Both the position numbers and the translations under genes were made by a program. Of a DNA stretch of 64,000 nucleotides, positions 1-10,414 are shown one piece after another. The notes beneath the pieces are model-generated. The model did no database searches and was not told the origin of the DNA. It was given only the letters and a program-made list of their open reading frames with translations. The first letter of the stretch is position 1, and each line of letters opens with the position of its first letter. This DNA comes from an uncultured Bacteroidales bacterium (GTDB lineage: Bacteria > Bacteroidota > Bacteroidia > Bacteroidales > VadinHA17): NCBI GenBank assembly GCA_963765005.1, contig CAVXUP010000009.1:269609-333608 (forward strand). Direction: 5' to 3'.

Positions 1-2459
1 ATAGGCTGTCCTACTTCATTCCTTACAAACGATCCTATCCTGGAGCCGCCTGAATCAAAGAAGTTTACACCTTCGGCAATCTTAGTGATCTCATTGCTGT
101 AGGTAGTGAAAACTCCGGATGCATTTAATCCGAAATCGCCCCAGTTATTCCTGTAAGTAAGTTCCATGTCGACACCTTTGTTCAACATGGAAGCAATATT
201 AATATAGGGAGCTGTTGCAGCGCCTGCTGTACCAGGAATTTCAGGATTAAAGAGCAGATCCTGTGTCTTTTTCGTATACCAGTCAAACACAACGAGTATT
301 TTGCCGTCGAGCAAACCGGCTTCAAAACCGATGTTCGTTGTGATGTTAGTCTCCCACTTGGCATCAGGATTACCAATGCGGACAGGGCGGAATCCCTGAA
401 GTGAAGAAGTTCCTGTACCATTAAGGTCATAGTTTGAGGTTGAGGCATCACCGCCGAAAAGGAAGAACTGGTTCTGCGGTGAAACGGCAAGCTGGTTACC
501 CATTGTACCGTATGATCCCCTTATCTTAAGATCGTTGATGAAATCAACTCCATCCATGAATGATTCATCGCTTACACGCCATCCTGCAGAGAATGAAGGG
601 AATACACCAAACCTGTTGTCGGCACCAAACCTCGATGAACCGTCACGGCGGACAGTTGCGCTAATGAGGTACTTGTCCATAAAGGCGTAGTCGGCCCTGA
701 GGAACATTGAAACAAGAGAAGTGGGCGTATTCAAATATGAATCGGCGGCAGATATTGTAGCACCATTTGTAAGAGTCCTGTAATCAACTGCATCTGAGAA
801 GTAACCCGACCTTGTGCATTCATACTACGGCCCATCCCATATTTGACAGCCTCATAACCACCTACTGCAAGGATCTTATGCTGACCGAAAGTCTTGTCAA
901 AGGTAAGAGTGTTTGTCCAGACCCAGTCGCTCCCATAGTAGGCATTTTCACTAAGGTTCGGAGTTGCAGTGTTTTCAGAGTTCTCATAAGTGGCCATCGT
1001 ATAGTTAAATCCAGTAGCCATTGTACCATGTGCCTCCGATTGTACTTCTGAAATTCAGGCCTGTCAATATTTTTACATCTACAAATGCGCTTCCGATCAT
1101 CCTTATATTATAGTTCTGATCATCTTTATCCCTTTCAAGGTTCGCGAAAGCGTTAGAGTTATTTCCAAGACGTGGAGCAATACCGGTACCGCCATATTCG
1201 CCGGGAACAAAATTATGTGAAGTTCCTGTTATCGGCGTCGTGATTATTGCGGGAACAATAGACTGAGCCCTGTAAGGACCCATCTGTATCGGTGATCCTT
1301 CCCCAAGGTTTGTAACACCATGATTGGTTGTATAAGACATAGTCAGGTTTTCTCCTACCTTGACAATTCCGTCAAGTATTGTGAATTCAGAGTTAAACCT
1401 TGCTGTATATCTTTTTGTATCGGTATATACAACAATACCTTTCTGATCGAAATAGCCGAAGCCTGCGAAGAATTTAGCATTGTCATTTCCGCCTGAAAGA
1501 GACAGGTCATGGTTCATGATTCCTGCGGGATCAGTTACCTGGTCATACCAGTCAGTATTTGCAGCCCAGCTCGGCATTTTTGGAGCTGGCTGCGATGAAG
1601 GGCCATAAATCGGGTGAGTTTCTGAAGTTCCGTCGTTCTTATAAACAAGCCACTGGAGGTTTGCATATTCCTGAGCGCTCAGGAGATCTGCTGTCGGACC
1701 GCTACCAGGTGCCTGAGTACCTGCATACATGTCGTAAGTTACTTTTACGCCTTTTCCCCCCTTTTTGGTAGAAACGATAATAACACCGTTTGATGCCCTT
1801 GAACCATAAATTGAAGCGGCACCGGCATCTTTAAGCACGGAAATCGATTCGACATCGTTAGGGTTCAGTGTGGAAATGTCCTGTGTAGGAACACCATCAA
1901 CAATATAGAGAGGATCGTTATCCTGGAAAGAACTGAATCCCCTTATCCTTACTTTTGATGTGGCTCCCGGCTGACCGCTTCCGGTAACTGTAACCCCTGA
2001 AGTACGTCCCTGAAGCTGACTACTAACGTTTCCAGTCGGAATTGCTGTGAGTTTTGTTGGCTCAACAACACCAACAGCACCGGTGAGGTCTCTTTTTCTC
2101 TGTTGGGAATATCCGGTCACAACAACTTCGGAAAGAGCTTTCACATCCGATTCTAGAAGAATATCGATAACTGTCTGGCTACCGACTGTCACCTGCTGGG
2201 TAACATACCCGATGGATGAGAAAACCAAAACTGCTGCAGGCCCTGGTACTCTAAGGCTGTAGGCTCCGGAGATATCAGTTATGGCTCCAATCGTTGTCCC
2301 CTGGACTGTCACGTTGACACCAGGTACAGGTCCCTCGCCCTCAGCAGAAACCTTCCCGGTAATGGTCTTCTCCTGGGCAAAAAGCACTCCAGTTGAAAGG
2401 ACCATACTGAACATTAACAGCGCAATGCGCTGCACTTTGGTAAGAATTTGCATAGTCAA
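1..2459 (-). pseudogene. SusC-family TonB-dependent outer-membrane receptor. The 3' end runs off the window and the reading frame is broken twice.
   Basis: ORF 1005..2459 has a signal peptide, a carboxypeptidase-regulatory-like domain (GKVSAEGEGPVPGVNVTVQGT) and plug motifs (VVVTGYSQQRKRDLTGAV, IRGFSS, PLYIVDGVP, DVESISVLKDAGAASIYGSRASNGVIIVSTKKG). The barrel continues in another frame (731..1021: NYTMATYENSENTATPNLSENAYYGSDWVWTNTLTFDKTF). By my own translation it returns to the first frame near nt 810 ([12 protein letters not shown]...[32 protein letters not shown]...[29 protein letters not shown]) and runs down to nt 1. Confidence 0.8.
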
Positions 2460-2884
2460 TCAGGTTTTTTAATGATTAAGTTAAAGTTAGTTAAAGTGTA
2501 AGCGATTAGTAAATTTAATATTCGTCAGGCATATCAAAATTAATGAAAAAGATTAAAAAACAATTAAAATATGTTAAAATTTACATAAAAATTTAAATAA
2601 ATATTTTCCGGAGTTGGTAATAATAGTGGCAATATTCATTAAAAGCTATGATAATCCAAGTTTTAAGACATACCATTTAGAATTATAGAAAATTGAATTA
2701 AGGCCAATGTGCTAATACCTTATATATAACTAGGTATAATGTTCATTTTAATTATACTCTGATCTTTTTGAGGCAAGTAGAATTCAGTTTGGGAAAATTA
2801 TTCTAAATTGCAAGTCTGGCAATTAGATCAGCAATATTTTACCAGAATAATTTTTCTGTTTTGTTAAATCCAATAATTTCATAA

Positions 2885-3562
2885 ATGAAAATACTGGTAG
2901 TAGAAGATGAACCAAAAGTTGCCTCCTTTTTGAAAAGAGGACTTGAGGAGAGCCATTATGCTGTTGAACTTGCATATGACGGGCTTTCGGCAGAAAAACT
3001 GGCACGCCAGTACAAATATGACCTCTATATTCTCGATCTGATAATTCCGGGAATAGGAGGACTGGATCTCTGCAAAATAGTTAAGAAACTGAATCCCAAT
3101 ATCCCTGTACTGATGCTGACTGCACTGGGGACTACTGATGACAAACTTCTGGGATTTGATGCAGGAGCTAATGATTATCTTGTTAAACCATTTGAATTCA
3201 GGGAGCTGCTTGCGAGAGTCAAGGTTCTGCTTCGAAGTTCGGCATATCCCCCTGAACCTATGAATAAACTTATTTATGAGGATCTTGAACTTGACCTTGA
3301 CAAGAAAGAGGTTATTAGGGGAGGTACCCATATTGAGCTGACTGCCAAGGAGTTTTCGCTTCTTGAGTATTTCATGAGGAACAGCGGCAGAGTATTATCC
3401 CGCACCGATATCGCTGAAAAGGTATGGGATGCCAGTTTCGACTTCAGCACCAATATTGTTGATGTCTATGTAAACTTCCTTAGAAAAAAAATCGACAGAA
3501 GTTTCAGTAAAAAACTAATCCACACGAGGGTGGGTTTCGGGTATATTTTTGGAGATAACTAA
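2885..3562 (+). CDS. OmpR-family response regulator (receiver plus winged-helix domains)
   Basis: MKILVVEDEP...DLYILDLIIPGIGGLDLC...DDKLLGFDAGANDYLVKPFEFRELLARV receiver motifs. C-terminal trans_reg_C-like segment (LTAKEFSLLEYFMRNSGRVLSRTDIAEKVWD...VDVYVNFLRKKID). Confidence 0.95.
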   Translation: MKILVVEDEPKVASFLKRGLEESHYAVELAYDGLSAEKLARQYKYDLYILDLIIPGIGGLDLCKIVKKLNPNIPVLMLTALGTTDDKLLGFDAGANDYLVKPFEFRELLARVKVLLRSSAYPPEPMNKLIYEDLELDLDKKEVIRGGTHIELTAKEFSLLEYFMRNSGRVLSRTDIAEKVWDASFDFSTNIVDVYVNFLRKKIDRSFSKKLIHTRVGFGYIFGDN

Positions 3563-3563
3563 A

Positions 3564-4934
3564 ATGAAGATAAGGACAAGGTTAACACTTCAATTCCTGG
3601 TGATCGGAGGAATCATAATGATGATAGCTTCATTTGCTATATATTATGCTTCTGCAAACTTCAGAAGGCAGGATTTTCACAACAGGCTGAGGAATAATTC
3701 ACTGATTGCGGCAAAACTGTTGCTCGAAGCAGATGATATTGATGCCACCAGGGTTGAAAAACTCGAAAAAGACAATCCTGTAAAGCTTTATAATGAAAAG
3801 ATAGTTATTCTTAATTACCTCAATGATACTCTATACAGTTCAGATAAGAGCGGGATCTTAAAGATCAGTTATGAGACCCTTGAGAGAATAAGACAATATG
3901 AGAACGTGGGTTACAGGGATGGCGACTATACTATCTCCGGAACACTCTATACATCACGAAATGACCGGTTCGTTATTCTGTCGGCAGCGACTGACGACGA
4001 TGGCCTTGTTTTTCTGAAAAAACTTCAGCTGATACTCTTCTTTGTAACTCTGATAAGTCTGGCTCTGTTTTCGGTTGCAGGATGGTTCTACGCCGGCAGG
4101 GCATTAAAGCCAATCTCGGATGTCATTTCGAAGGTTGAGGATATCTCTATAACAAGTCTTAACCTGCGATTAAATGTAGGAAACGGGAAAGATGAAATAT
4201 CGGGTCTGGCAAAGACTTTCAATAAAATGCTGGCGCGACTGGAGACAGCCTTCGCTATGCAGAAAGACTTTATTTCAAATGCATCCCATGAACTAAGAAC
4301 TCCCCTCACTTCAATCAACGGACAGCTTGAGGTTCTTATGATGAAGGACCGCTCAACAGAGGATTACAGGATAGCAACTGCTTCGGTTCTTGAAGATATC
4401 AGATCTCTTATTAATCTTTTGAACAGGCTGTTGCTTATGGCACGTACAAGCTCTGAAAGCGAATCAAACAGTGACAGAAAAACCAGGATAGATGAGCTTT
4501 TGTGGCAGATCCGGGAAGAGATGAGAAAAACAAATACAGAGGCACGCATTGGCATATCGCTCGATGAGTCACTCTCTGATGCTGAACAGATGGTTGTTGC
4601 CGGTGATGAATACCTTCTGAGAGTTGCACTGTCAAACCTTATTGAAAACGGATGCAAATACTCAGCCGGCAATTCTGTGGACATTACCCTCAGACAGCTT
4701 GAAAACCGGATAGAGATTGTCATCAAAGACCAGGGAATTGGAATACCTGAGAATGAGATCAGAAATGTTTTTGAACCTTTCTTCCGCGGATCGAATGCCA
4801 AAACGATACAGGGTACAGGTATTGGTTTACCGCTTGTCAAACAGATCCTCAATAAGCACCATGGTACTATCGAAATCACTTCCATTATAAATAAAGGCAC
4901 TACTGTTCTGGTAAAGCTGCCTCTCTTTGCCTGA
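3564..4934 (+). CDS. Sensor histidine kinase (2 TM, HAMP, HisKA, HATPase_c)
   Basis: H-box FISNASHELRTPLTSI, N-box LSNLIENGCKYS, G-boxes DQGIGIPENE and GTGIGLPLVKQI. ATG 3564 lies 2 nt after the regulator stop (the ORF track uses TTG 3549). Confidence 0.93.
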   Translation: MKIRTRLTLQFLVIGGIIMMIASFAIYYASANFRRQDFHNRLRNNSLIAAKLLLEADDIDATRVEKLEKDNPVKLYNEKIVILNYLNDTLYSSDKSGILKISYETLERIRQYENVGYRDGDYTISGTLYTSRNDRFVILSAATDDDGLVFLKKLQLILFFVTLISLALFSVAGWFYAGRALKPISDVISKVEDISITSLNLRLNVGNGKDEISGLAKTFNKMLARLETAFAMQKDFISNASHELRTPLTSINGQLEVLMMKDRSTEDYRIATASVLEDIRSLINLLNRLLLMARTSSESESNSDRKTRIDELLWQIREEMRKTNTEARIGISLDESLSDAEQMVVAGDEYLLRVALSNLIENGCKYSAGNSVDITLRQLENRIEIVIKDQGIGIPENEIRNVFEPFFRGSNAKTIQGTGIGLPLVKQILNKHHGTIEITSIINKGTTVLVKLPLFA

Positions 4935-4968
4935 GACAATTATTTAAGCCTATCCTTTTCTTTTTAAC

Positions 4969-5052
4969 CACAGATTTACACAGAGTTTAAACAGAGTAAC
5001 ACTGTTGAATACTCTGTGTAACTCGGTCTTAACTCTGTGTAACTCTGTGTTA
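4969..5052. repeat. Inverted and tandem decamer repeats (ACACAGAGTT / AACTCTGTGT)
   Basis: ttacacagagtt at about 4977 is the reverse complement of aactctgtgtaa. The latter occurs in tandem at 5031-5050, with a degenerate copy at 5011-5021. Located just 3' of the kinase gene. Confidence 0.9.
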
Positions 5053-5264
5053 AAATATTTTTGGGATTGATTATTCAAAGTAAGTTAATTTCTGTGCTTA
5101 CTTTTTAATTCCTTTTTAATCTGCCTTTAATTTCCGCTTAATTGTAATTCCATAAATTAGCCAGCCGTACCAGTAAGATAGCCAGGTCTGTAATTTCACC
5201 TGTTATTTGTTACTGGCAGCAGGATAAAAGATTTATGCTTTTGAATTTAAACAACATATAATAT

Positions 5265-6950
5265 ATGTTTTATAAAATCATCAGAAGTTGCTCTCTCGGA
5301 TTAAGCACCGCATTAATTCCATTGCTTTTAATTTCAGGCTGCCAGTCGAACAGCAAAGAGGCAGGTGGAAAGAAGAGTGCCTCTTCACTCCCTGCAGCAG
5401 ACGATAACTATTTCCAGGAAATTGGCATTGGAGCAGGTATTGATTTTGTTCATTCAATAGGATCAGAGCATCTCACAAATATTATTGAGTCAAGCGGAGG
5501 GGGAACCGCCATGCTCGACTTTGACAAGGATGGCTTTATGGACCTGTTTGTTACCAGTGGAACCTGGATAGAAGGATTCAGCTCAGGGGAAAAACCATCC
5601 AGCCTGCCAGGCAACAGGTTATACAGGAATCTGCGTAACGGGACTTTCGCTGATGTTACCAAAGAGGCCAGAATAGATGAAATTGCTTACAGCATGGGAG
5701 TAACGGTGGGAGATTTTAATAATGATGGTTACCCCGATGTTTATGTCACTAATTACGGACCTAATATTCTTTACAAAAACAACGGCAACGGCACATTTTC
5801 TGATGTTACTAAAAAGGCCGGCGTAGGTGGTGGAAAAGAGTGCAGCGCGGGCTCCGTATGGCTCGATTTTGATAATGACGGATACCTTGATCTTTACGTC
5901 GGTAATTATCTTACCTACGATCCGAATTATAAATACTATTATGCTCCTGACGGCTTTCCCGGTCCTATGGCATACGAAATGGAAGCTGACTGGCTTTTTC
6001 ACAACAAGGGAGACGGAACTTTTGAAGAGGTCTCAGAATCAATGGGAATCAGCGATATCGATGGAAGGGCGATGGGTGTTGGTGCCGCTGACTACGATTC
6101 AGACGGATTCGTAGACATTTTCGTTGCAAATGATCACTCTCTTAATTATATGTGGCATAATGATGCCGGGAAAAAGTTCACAAACACCGGAATAATGTCG
6201 GGGACAGCTTTCAGTCAGGCTGGAGAGGCTACTGTGAGCATGTCAGTTGACTTTTCAGATTATAATTCAGACGGACTTCTTGATATGTTCCTTTCAGATG
6301 ACACTTACTGCTCCTTATATGAAAACAAAGGCAATGGAGTATTCAGTGACATATCAAACCAGTCAGGCATTGCGACAGCTGCTGCTCAGTTTGTTGGCTG
6401 GACAAGCTCTTTCCTCGATTATGACAATGATGGGGATGCTGATCTATTTAAGACAAATGGAGCATTGAAGCATTTGTACGGACATGAAGATCAGCTTTTT
6501 GAAAACCAGGGCAATGGAAAATTCATTGATAAATCAAATGGCCTGGGTAGTTATTTTAATGAAGAATATGTTGGCAGAGGAGCAGCTCTGGGTGATTATG
6601 ACAATGACGGCGATATTGACATCTATATTGCGAACCTTCACAACCGGGGCATGTTCCTGAGGAACAATAAGGGCAATGAGAATAACTGGATTATACTTAA
6701 TCTGGAGGGAACCATCAGCAACAGGGATGCTATTGGCTCAAGGGTGAAGATTACATCAGGCGGAAAAATGCAGACAAGCCAGAAGAAGAGCACTACAGGC
6801 TATTTATCCCAGAACGACAGCAGGCTCCATTTTGGTCTCGGGAAAAACACAACAGTTGAAAAAATAGAAATAATCTGGCCATCAGGCAGAGAACAAATAC
6901 TCGAAAATGTGACAGCCAATCAGATACTTAACATAACAGAACCAAAGTAG
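5265..6950 (+). CDS. CRTAC1-like lipoprotein: FG-GAP/VCBS repeats plus a C-terminal ASPIC/UnbV domain
   Basis: Lipobox LLLISGCQS. Repeated Ca-binding-like units: DFDKDGFMDLFV, DFNNDGYPDVYV, DFDNDGYLDLYV, DYDSDGFVDIFV, DYNSDGLLDMFL, DYDNDGDADLF, DYDNDGDIDIYI. ASPIC/UnbV-like tail NNWIILNLEGTISNRDAIGSRVKITSGG...GYLSQNDSRLHFGLG. Confidence 0.85.
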   Translation: MFYKIIRSCSLGLSTALIPLLLISGCQSNSKEAGGKKSASSLPAADDNYFQEIGIGAGIDFVHSIGSEHLTNIIESSGGGTAMLDFDKDGFMDLFVTSGTWIEGFSSGEKPSSLPGNRLYRNLRNGTFADVTKEARIDEIAYSMGVTVGDFNNDGYPDVYVTNYGPNILYKNNGNGTFSDVTKKAGVGGGKECSAGSVWLDFDNDGYLDLYVGNYLTYDPNYKYYYAPDGFPGPMAYEMEADWLFHNKGDGTFEEVSESMGISDIDGRAMGVGAADYDSDGFVDIFVANDHSLNYMWHNDAGKKFTNTGIMSGTAFSQAGEATVSMSVDFSDYNSDGLLDMFLSDDTYCSLYENKGNGVFSDISNQSGIATAAAQFVGWTSSFLDYDNDGDADLFKTNGALKHLYGHEDQLFENQGNGKFIDKSNGLGSYFNEEYVGRGAALGDYDNDGDIDIYIANLHNRGMFLRNNKGNENNWIILNLEGTISNRDAIGSRVKITSGGKMQTSQKKSTTGYLSQNDSRLHFGLGKNTTVEKIEIIWPSGREQILENVTANQILNITEPK

Positions 6951-6965
6951 TATTGAACGAAGCAG

Positions 6966-8384
6966 ATGAAAATAATATATCATAGATTATTTGTCTTTAT
7001 ACTCTCATCAGTGATGCTGTTATCTTCGTGCGTAAGGAAAGCTGATAGTAATGTTCTCATAACACTGGGCCCAAAAGGAATTGGCAGTTCTGTCAGGCAA
7101 ATTCCGGGAGAAACAGAAAAGTCAGTCAAGACTGCAATATATTTAATAAATCAAGGAGATAAAGTGCTTACTCCGGTCAATCTGACCACTGATTTCTTCA
7201 GTGCAAAATCGCCTGTAGCGTCATACGACGGAACCCGTATGCTTTTTACAGCTCAAAAATCGGCAGGCGACAGCTGGCAGATCTGGGAGATGGATCTTGG
7301 AAAGAAGAAATCATATAAAATCATTTCTTCAGATAATGATTGTACAGATCAGACATACCTTCCAGGCGGCAGAGTAGCATTTATCATGCAGATGAAGAAT
7401 GATTCATTAAAGGCTGAACAGGCTCTCTTCACATGCAATACTGGCGGCACTGATCTCAGAAGGATCACTTTCAATCCGGGATATTACCGGTTCCTTACAA
7501 TAATGAAAGATGGAAGGCTTCTTGTCGCTGGCGGACAATCATACCCCGAAAGAGGCAAGGAGATCCTGATTGCAATGCGACCCGACGGAACAAAGTCTGA
7601 AATGTTCTACTCGCCGGATGATGGAGCCATTCTGCTTTCAAAGCCCTGTGAATCATCTGACGGGATGATACTCTTCTCCCAAAGCTCATCAAACGGAGGC
7701 TCTGGAATTCTTACTGCAATATCTTACAACAGGCCTCTTCATTCACGAAAAGATCTTTCTGAAGCTGTTACAGGTAGTGTCGAATATGTTGCTTCTTCTC
7801 AAACAGGTTCAGTTCTGGTGTCAGTTACGGAGAATAACGATGGGGGCTTTCACCTTTATGAATTTGATATTAAGACTGGACAAACAGGGAAAAAACTCTT
7901 TTCGGACAACGAACAGATAATCCTTGAAATAGCAAAGGCAGAAGCCAGTGAACGCCCTAAAAAACTTCCCAGCGAAGTTGATATGGAAGTAAAAACAGGG
8001 TTGTTGCTTTGTCAGAATGTAAATCTTACAGGAATGAAATCGCCTGAAAATATTGATAATTCCCAAGAAGCAACCAAAATTGAGATCTTAGGGGTCAGCG
8101 AATCTCTCGGGCTCGTTGAAGTTGAAAAGGACGGATCCTTTTATCTTAAGATTGCCGCAGACACACCGTTCAGGATAAGGTCGCTTGACAGCAATGGAAA
8201 TACGGTTAAAGGACCAGGAACATGGCTTTACATAAGGCCAAATGAACGGAGGGGTTGCGTCGGTTGCCATGAGGACCAGGAGATTGTACCTGCAAACAGG
8301 ATGTCACTTGCCGTAAGCAAACAACCTGTTGGAGTGCCGGTAAGACTGGATGCAATAAAGGAAAAAGAGGTAGAACTTGAATAG
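6966..8384 (+). CDS. Lipoprotein with a PD40/TolB-like beta-propeller and a C-terminal mono-haem c domain (resembles the hydrazine-synthase alpha middle domain family)
   Basis: Lipobox LLSSCVRK. PD40-like blades (SPVASYDGTRMLFTAQKSAGDSWQIWEMDL; RRITFNPGYYRFLTIMKDGRLLV). Single CxxCH near the C-terminus (WLYIRPNERRGCVGCHEDQ, nt 8256-8270). Confidence 0.7.
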   Translation: MKIIYHRLFVFILSSVMLLSSCVRKADSNVLITLGPKGIGSSVRQIPGETEKSVKTAIYLINQGDKVLTPVNLTTDFFSAKSPVASYDGTRMLFTAQKSAGDSWQIWEMDLGKKKSYKIISSDNDCTDQTYLPGGRVAFIMQMKNDSLKAEQALFTCNTGGTDLRRITFNPGYYRFLTIMKDGRLLVAGGQSYPERGKEILIAMRPDGTKSEMFYSPDDGAILLSKPCESSDGMILFSQSSSNGGSGILTAISYNRPLHSRKDLSEAVTGSVEYVASSQTGSVLVSVTENNDGGFHLYEFDIKTGQTGKKLFSDNEQIILEIAKAEASERPKKLPSEVDMEVKTGLLLCQNVNLTGMKSPENIDNSQEATKIEILGVSESLGLVEVEKDGSFYLKIAADTPFRIRSLDSNGNTVKGPGTWLYIRPNERRGCVGCHEDQEIVPANRMSLAVSKQPVGVPVRLDAIKEKEVELE

Positions 8385-8386
8385 CT

Positions 8387-10414
8387 ATGACAAAGAGGTC
8401 ATTTATCCTGATATTTATAATTTTTACAACCGGGCTGGTGGTTTATTTTCCCGGAAAGAAGTGGGCGCGGGGACATGTCAATTACAAGACAGCTGTTGAC
8501 GACCACCCTCTTTTGTGCACTAACTGCCATCTTCATATAACAAAAAACAAGGTTATTCGGAAACTTGTAAACTCAGACTATTATTCCCCTTTAAATCTGA
8601 CAGTTTCAGATGACGGCAAAATGCTGCTCATTGTCGCCGCTGACCGTGATGAACTGGTTGTTGCCGATGCAGAAAAAAGTAAAGTTATCAAAAGGATTAA
8701 AGTAGGAAATAAACCTCACTCCGTTATCCTTGACAAAGAGTGCAAAACTGCCTACATCAGCAATCAGTGGTCGGATAACATTTCAGTACTCGATATTGAG
8801 ACTCTTTCTGTCAAAGATACACTGCCATGCGGAAGCGGGCCTGCCGGTCTTGCTATCAGTTCAGACGGAAACTACCTTTATGTTGTAAATTCATTTGCAT
8901 CTGATCTTTCTGTAGTCGACATAAATAAAAAAACTGAGATCAAGAGGTTAACCACAGGTAATAATCCTACCGGAGCCCGGCTCTCTCCCGACGGAGCTGA
9001 AGTTTATATTTCAGCCAGACGGGCCAGGATCGACATGTATGGAGAACCTCTTGTCACAGAGCTTACAATAATCGATGACAGTATTCAGAGAATCAGGAAA
9101 TACCTCGATGTCCCTTCTGCTTACCTGATAGAGAATTTTGCCTTTACTCCAGGCGGCGACATGGCATTTTTCACAATGATACGTCCTAAAAATATGGTAC
9201 CATCCATTCAGGTTGAAAGAGGCTGGATGATGACTCACGGCATAGGGATAATAGAAAGAAAGGAGAATGGCAGGTTAATACAGCTGCTTCTGGATGAGCC
9301 CAATATGTACTATCCCGATCCTTTCGATATTGTAATTTCGCCAGATGGCAAGCGTGCATTTGTATCAAACAGTGGTGTTAATATCATAACAGTTGTAAAC
9401 ATCGATTCAGTAAGAAGTCTTATCAACAGGTCCACCCCTGAAATGCTCCAGATATGGCCAGATCATCTCGGAATCAGCAGCAGTTATGTGGAAAAAAGGA
9501 TCCCGACCGGATCGAATCCAAAGGGGCTTGCTCTCTCTCCGGACGGAAAAATACTCTATGTTGCAGAGCATCTCCAGGACCGGATAGGAGTAATCAGCAC
9601 TGAGACACTCGAATCCACAGGCGGTATAGAACTGGGAGGTCCGTCGAGGTTAACTGTAGCACGGAAGGGAAGAAGGCTGCTGAACAATGCAGGACATACC
9701 TTCCAGACCCAATATTCATGCTATACCTGTCACCCCGATGAGCATGAAGACGGGCTGGTATACAATATGGCATCAAAAGATATGGGACGCAACCTCACAA
9801 ATACACAGTCGTTGCGTGATATCGGCGATACACCTCCCTTCAAATGGAATGGAAAGAACCAGACAGTTTATAAACAGGATGGAATGAGATTCTCGACTGT
9901 TCTTACAAGGACGGAACAATTCTCATATAAAAACCTCGATGCAATATCAGCTTACATAATGAGAGGTATCCCCTACCCTCCCAATCTAAAATTCAATCCC
10001 ACAGGGAATCTTACAGAGGCACAACAGCGTGGGAAAGTTGTATTTGAAAGGACAAAAGACAATTCTGGCAGAGAGATCCCTGAAATTAACAGATGCATTA
10101 CATGCCACCCACCTCCTTACTATACGAACCTGAAAACAGCTGACGTAAGCACTCTGGCTGCGAGTGATGACTCAATGCTTTTTGACACACCTCATCTTAA
10201 TAATATTTACGCATCGCCCCCGTATCTTCATGATGGAAGGGCTAAAACTCTTGAGGAAATATGGACACTCTACGGCAAGGATGACAAGCATGGTCTTGCC
10301 GGAGACATGAATAAAAACCAGCTCAATGATCTGGTAGAATACCTGAAGTCACTGAGAAGTCCAGATTACGAGAAACAGACGATAGAAACCTACAAAGCAT
10401 CGGTAAACCATTAA
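8387..10414 (+). CDS. Membrane-anchored tri-haem protein: N-terminal CxxCH, YVTN/YncE-type beta-propeller, C-terminal di-haem cytochrome c peroxidase/MauG-like domain
   Basis: Three CxxCH motifs: CTNCH (nt 8516-8530), CYTCH, CITCH. Propeller repeats (GNKPHSVILDKECKTAYISNQWSDNISVLD; GSGPAGLAISSDGNYLYVVNSFASDLSVVD; GNNPTGARLSPDGAEVYIS; GSNPKGLALSPDGKILYVAEHLQDRIGVI). CCP/MauG-like PPYLHDGRAKTLEEIW. Confidence 0.8.
   Translation: MTKRSFILIFIIFTTGLVVYFPGKKWARGHVNYKTAVDDHPLLCTNCHLHITKNKVIRKLVNSDYYSPLNLTVSDDGKMLLIVAADRDELVVADAEKSKVIKRIKVGNKPHSVILDKECKTAYISNQWSDNISVLDIETLSVKDTLPCGSGPAGLAISSDGNYLYVVNSFASDLSVVDINKKTEIKRLTTGNNPTGARLSPDGAEVYISARRARIDMYGEPLVTELTIIDDSIQRIRKYLDVPSAYLIENFAFTPGGDMAFFTMIRPKNMVPSIQVERGWMMTHGIGIIERKENGRLIQLLLDEPNMYYPDPFDIVISPDGKRAFVSNSGVNIITVVNIDSVRSLINRSTPEMLQIWPDHLGISSSYVEKRIPTGSNPKGLALSPDGKILYVAEHLQDRIGVISTETLESTGGIELGGPSRLTVARKGRRLLNNAGHTFQTQYSCYTCHPDEHEDGLVYNMASKDMGRNLTNTQSLRDIGDTPPFKWNGKNQTVYKQDGMRFSTVLTRTEQFSYKNLDAISAYIMRGIPYPPNLKFNPTGNLTEAQQRGKVVFERTKDNSGREIPEINRCITCHPPPYYTNLKTADVSTLAASDDSMLFDTPHLNNIYASPPYLHDGRAKTLEEIWTLYGKDDKHGLAGDMNKNQLNDLVEYLKSLRSPDYEKQTIETYKASVNH

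Noticed and set aside
6966-10414. A genuine hydrazine synthase or anammox capability.
   Set aside because: Only the domain logic is shared. The alpha-like protein has one CxxCH rather than the full haem complement. No hydrazine dehydrogenase or other anammox genes are present, and the genomic context is Bacteroidota-like.
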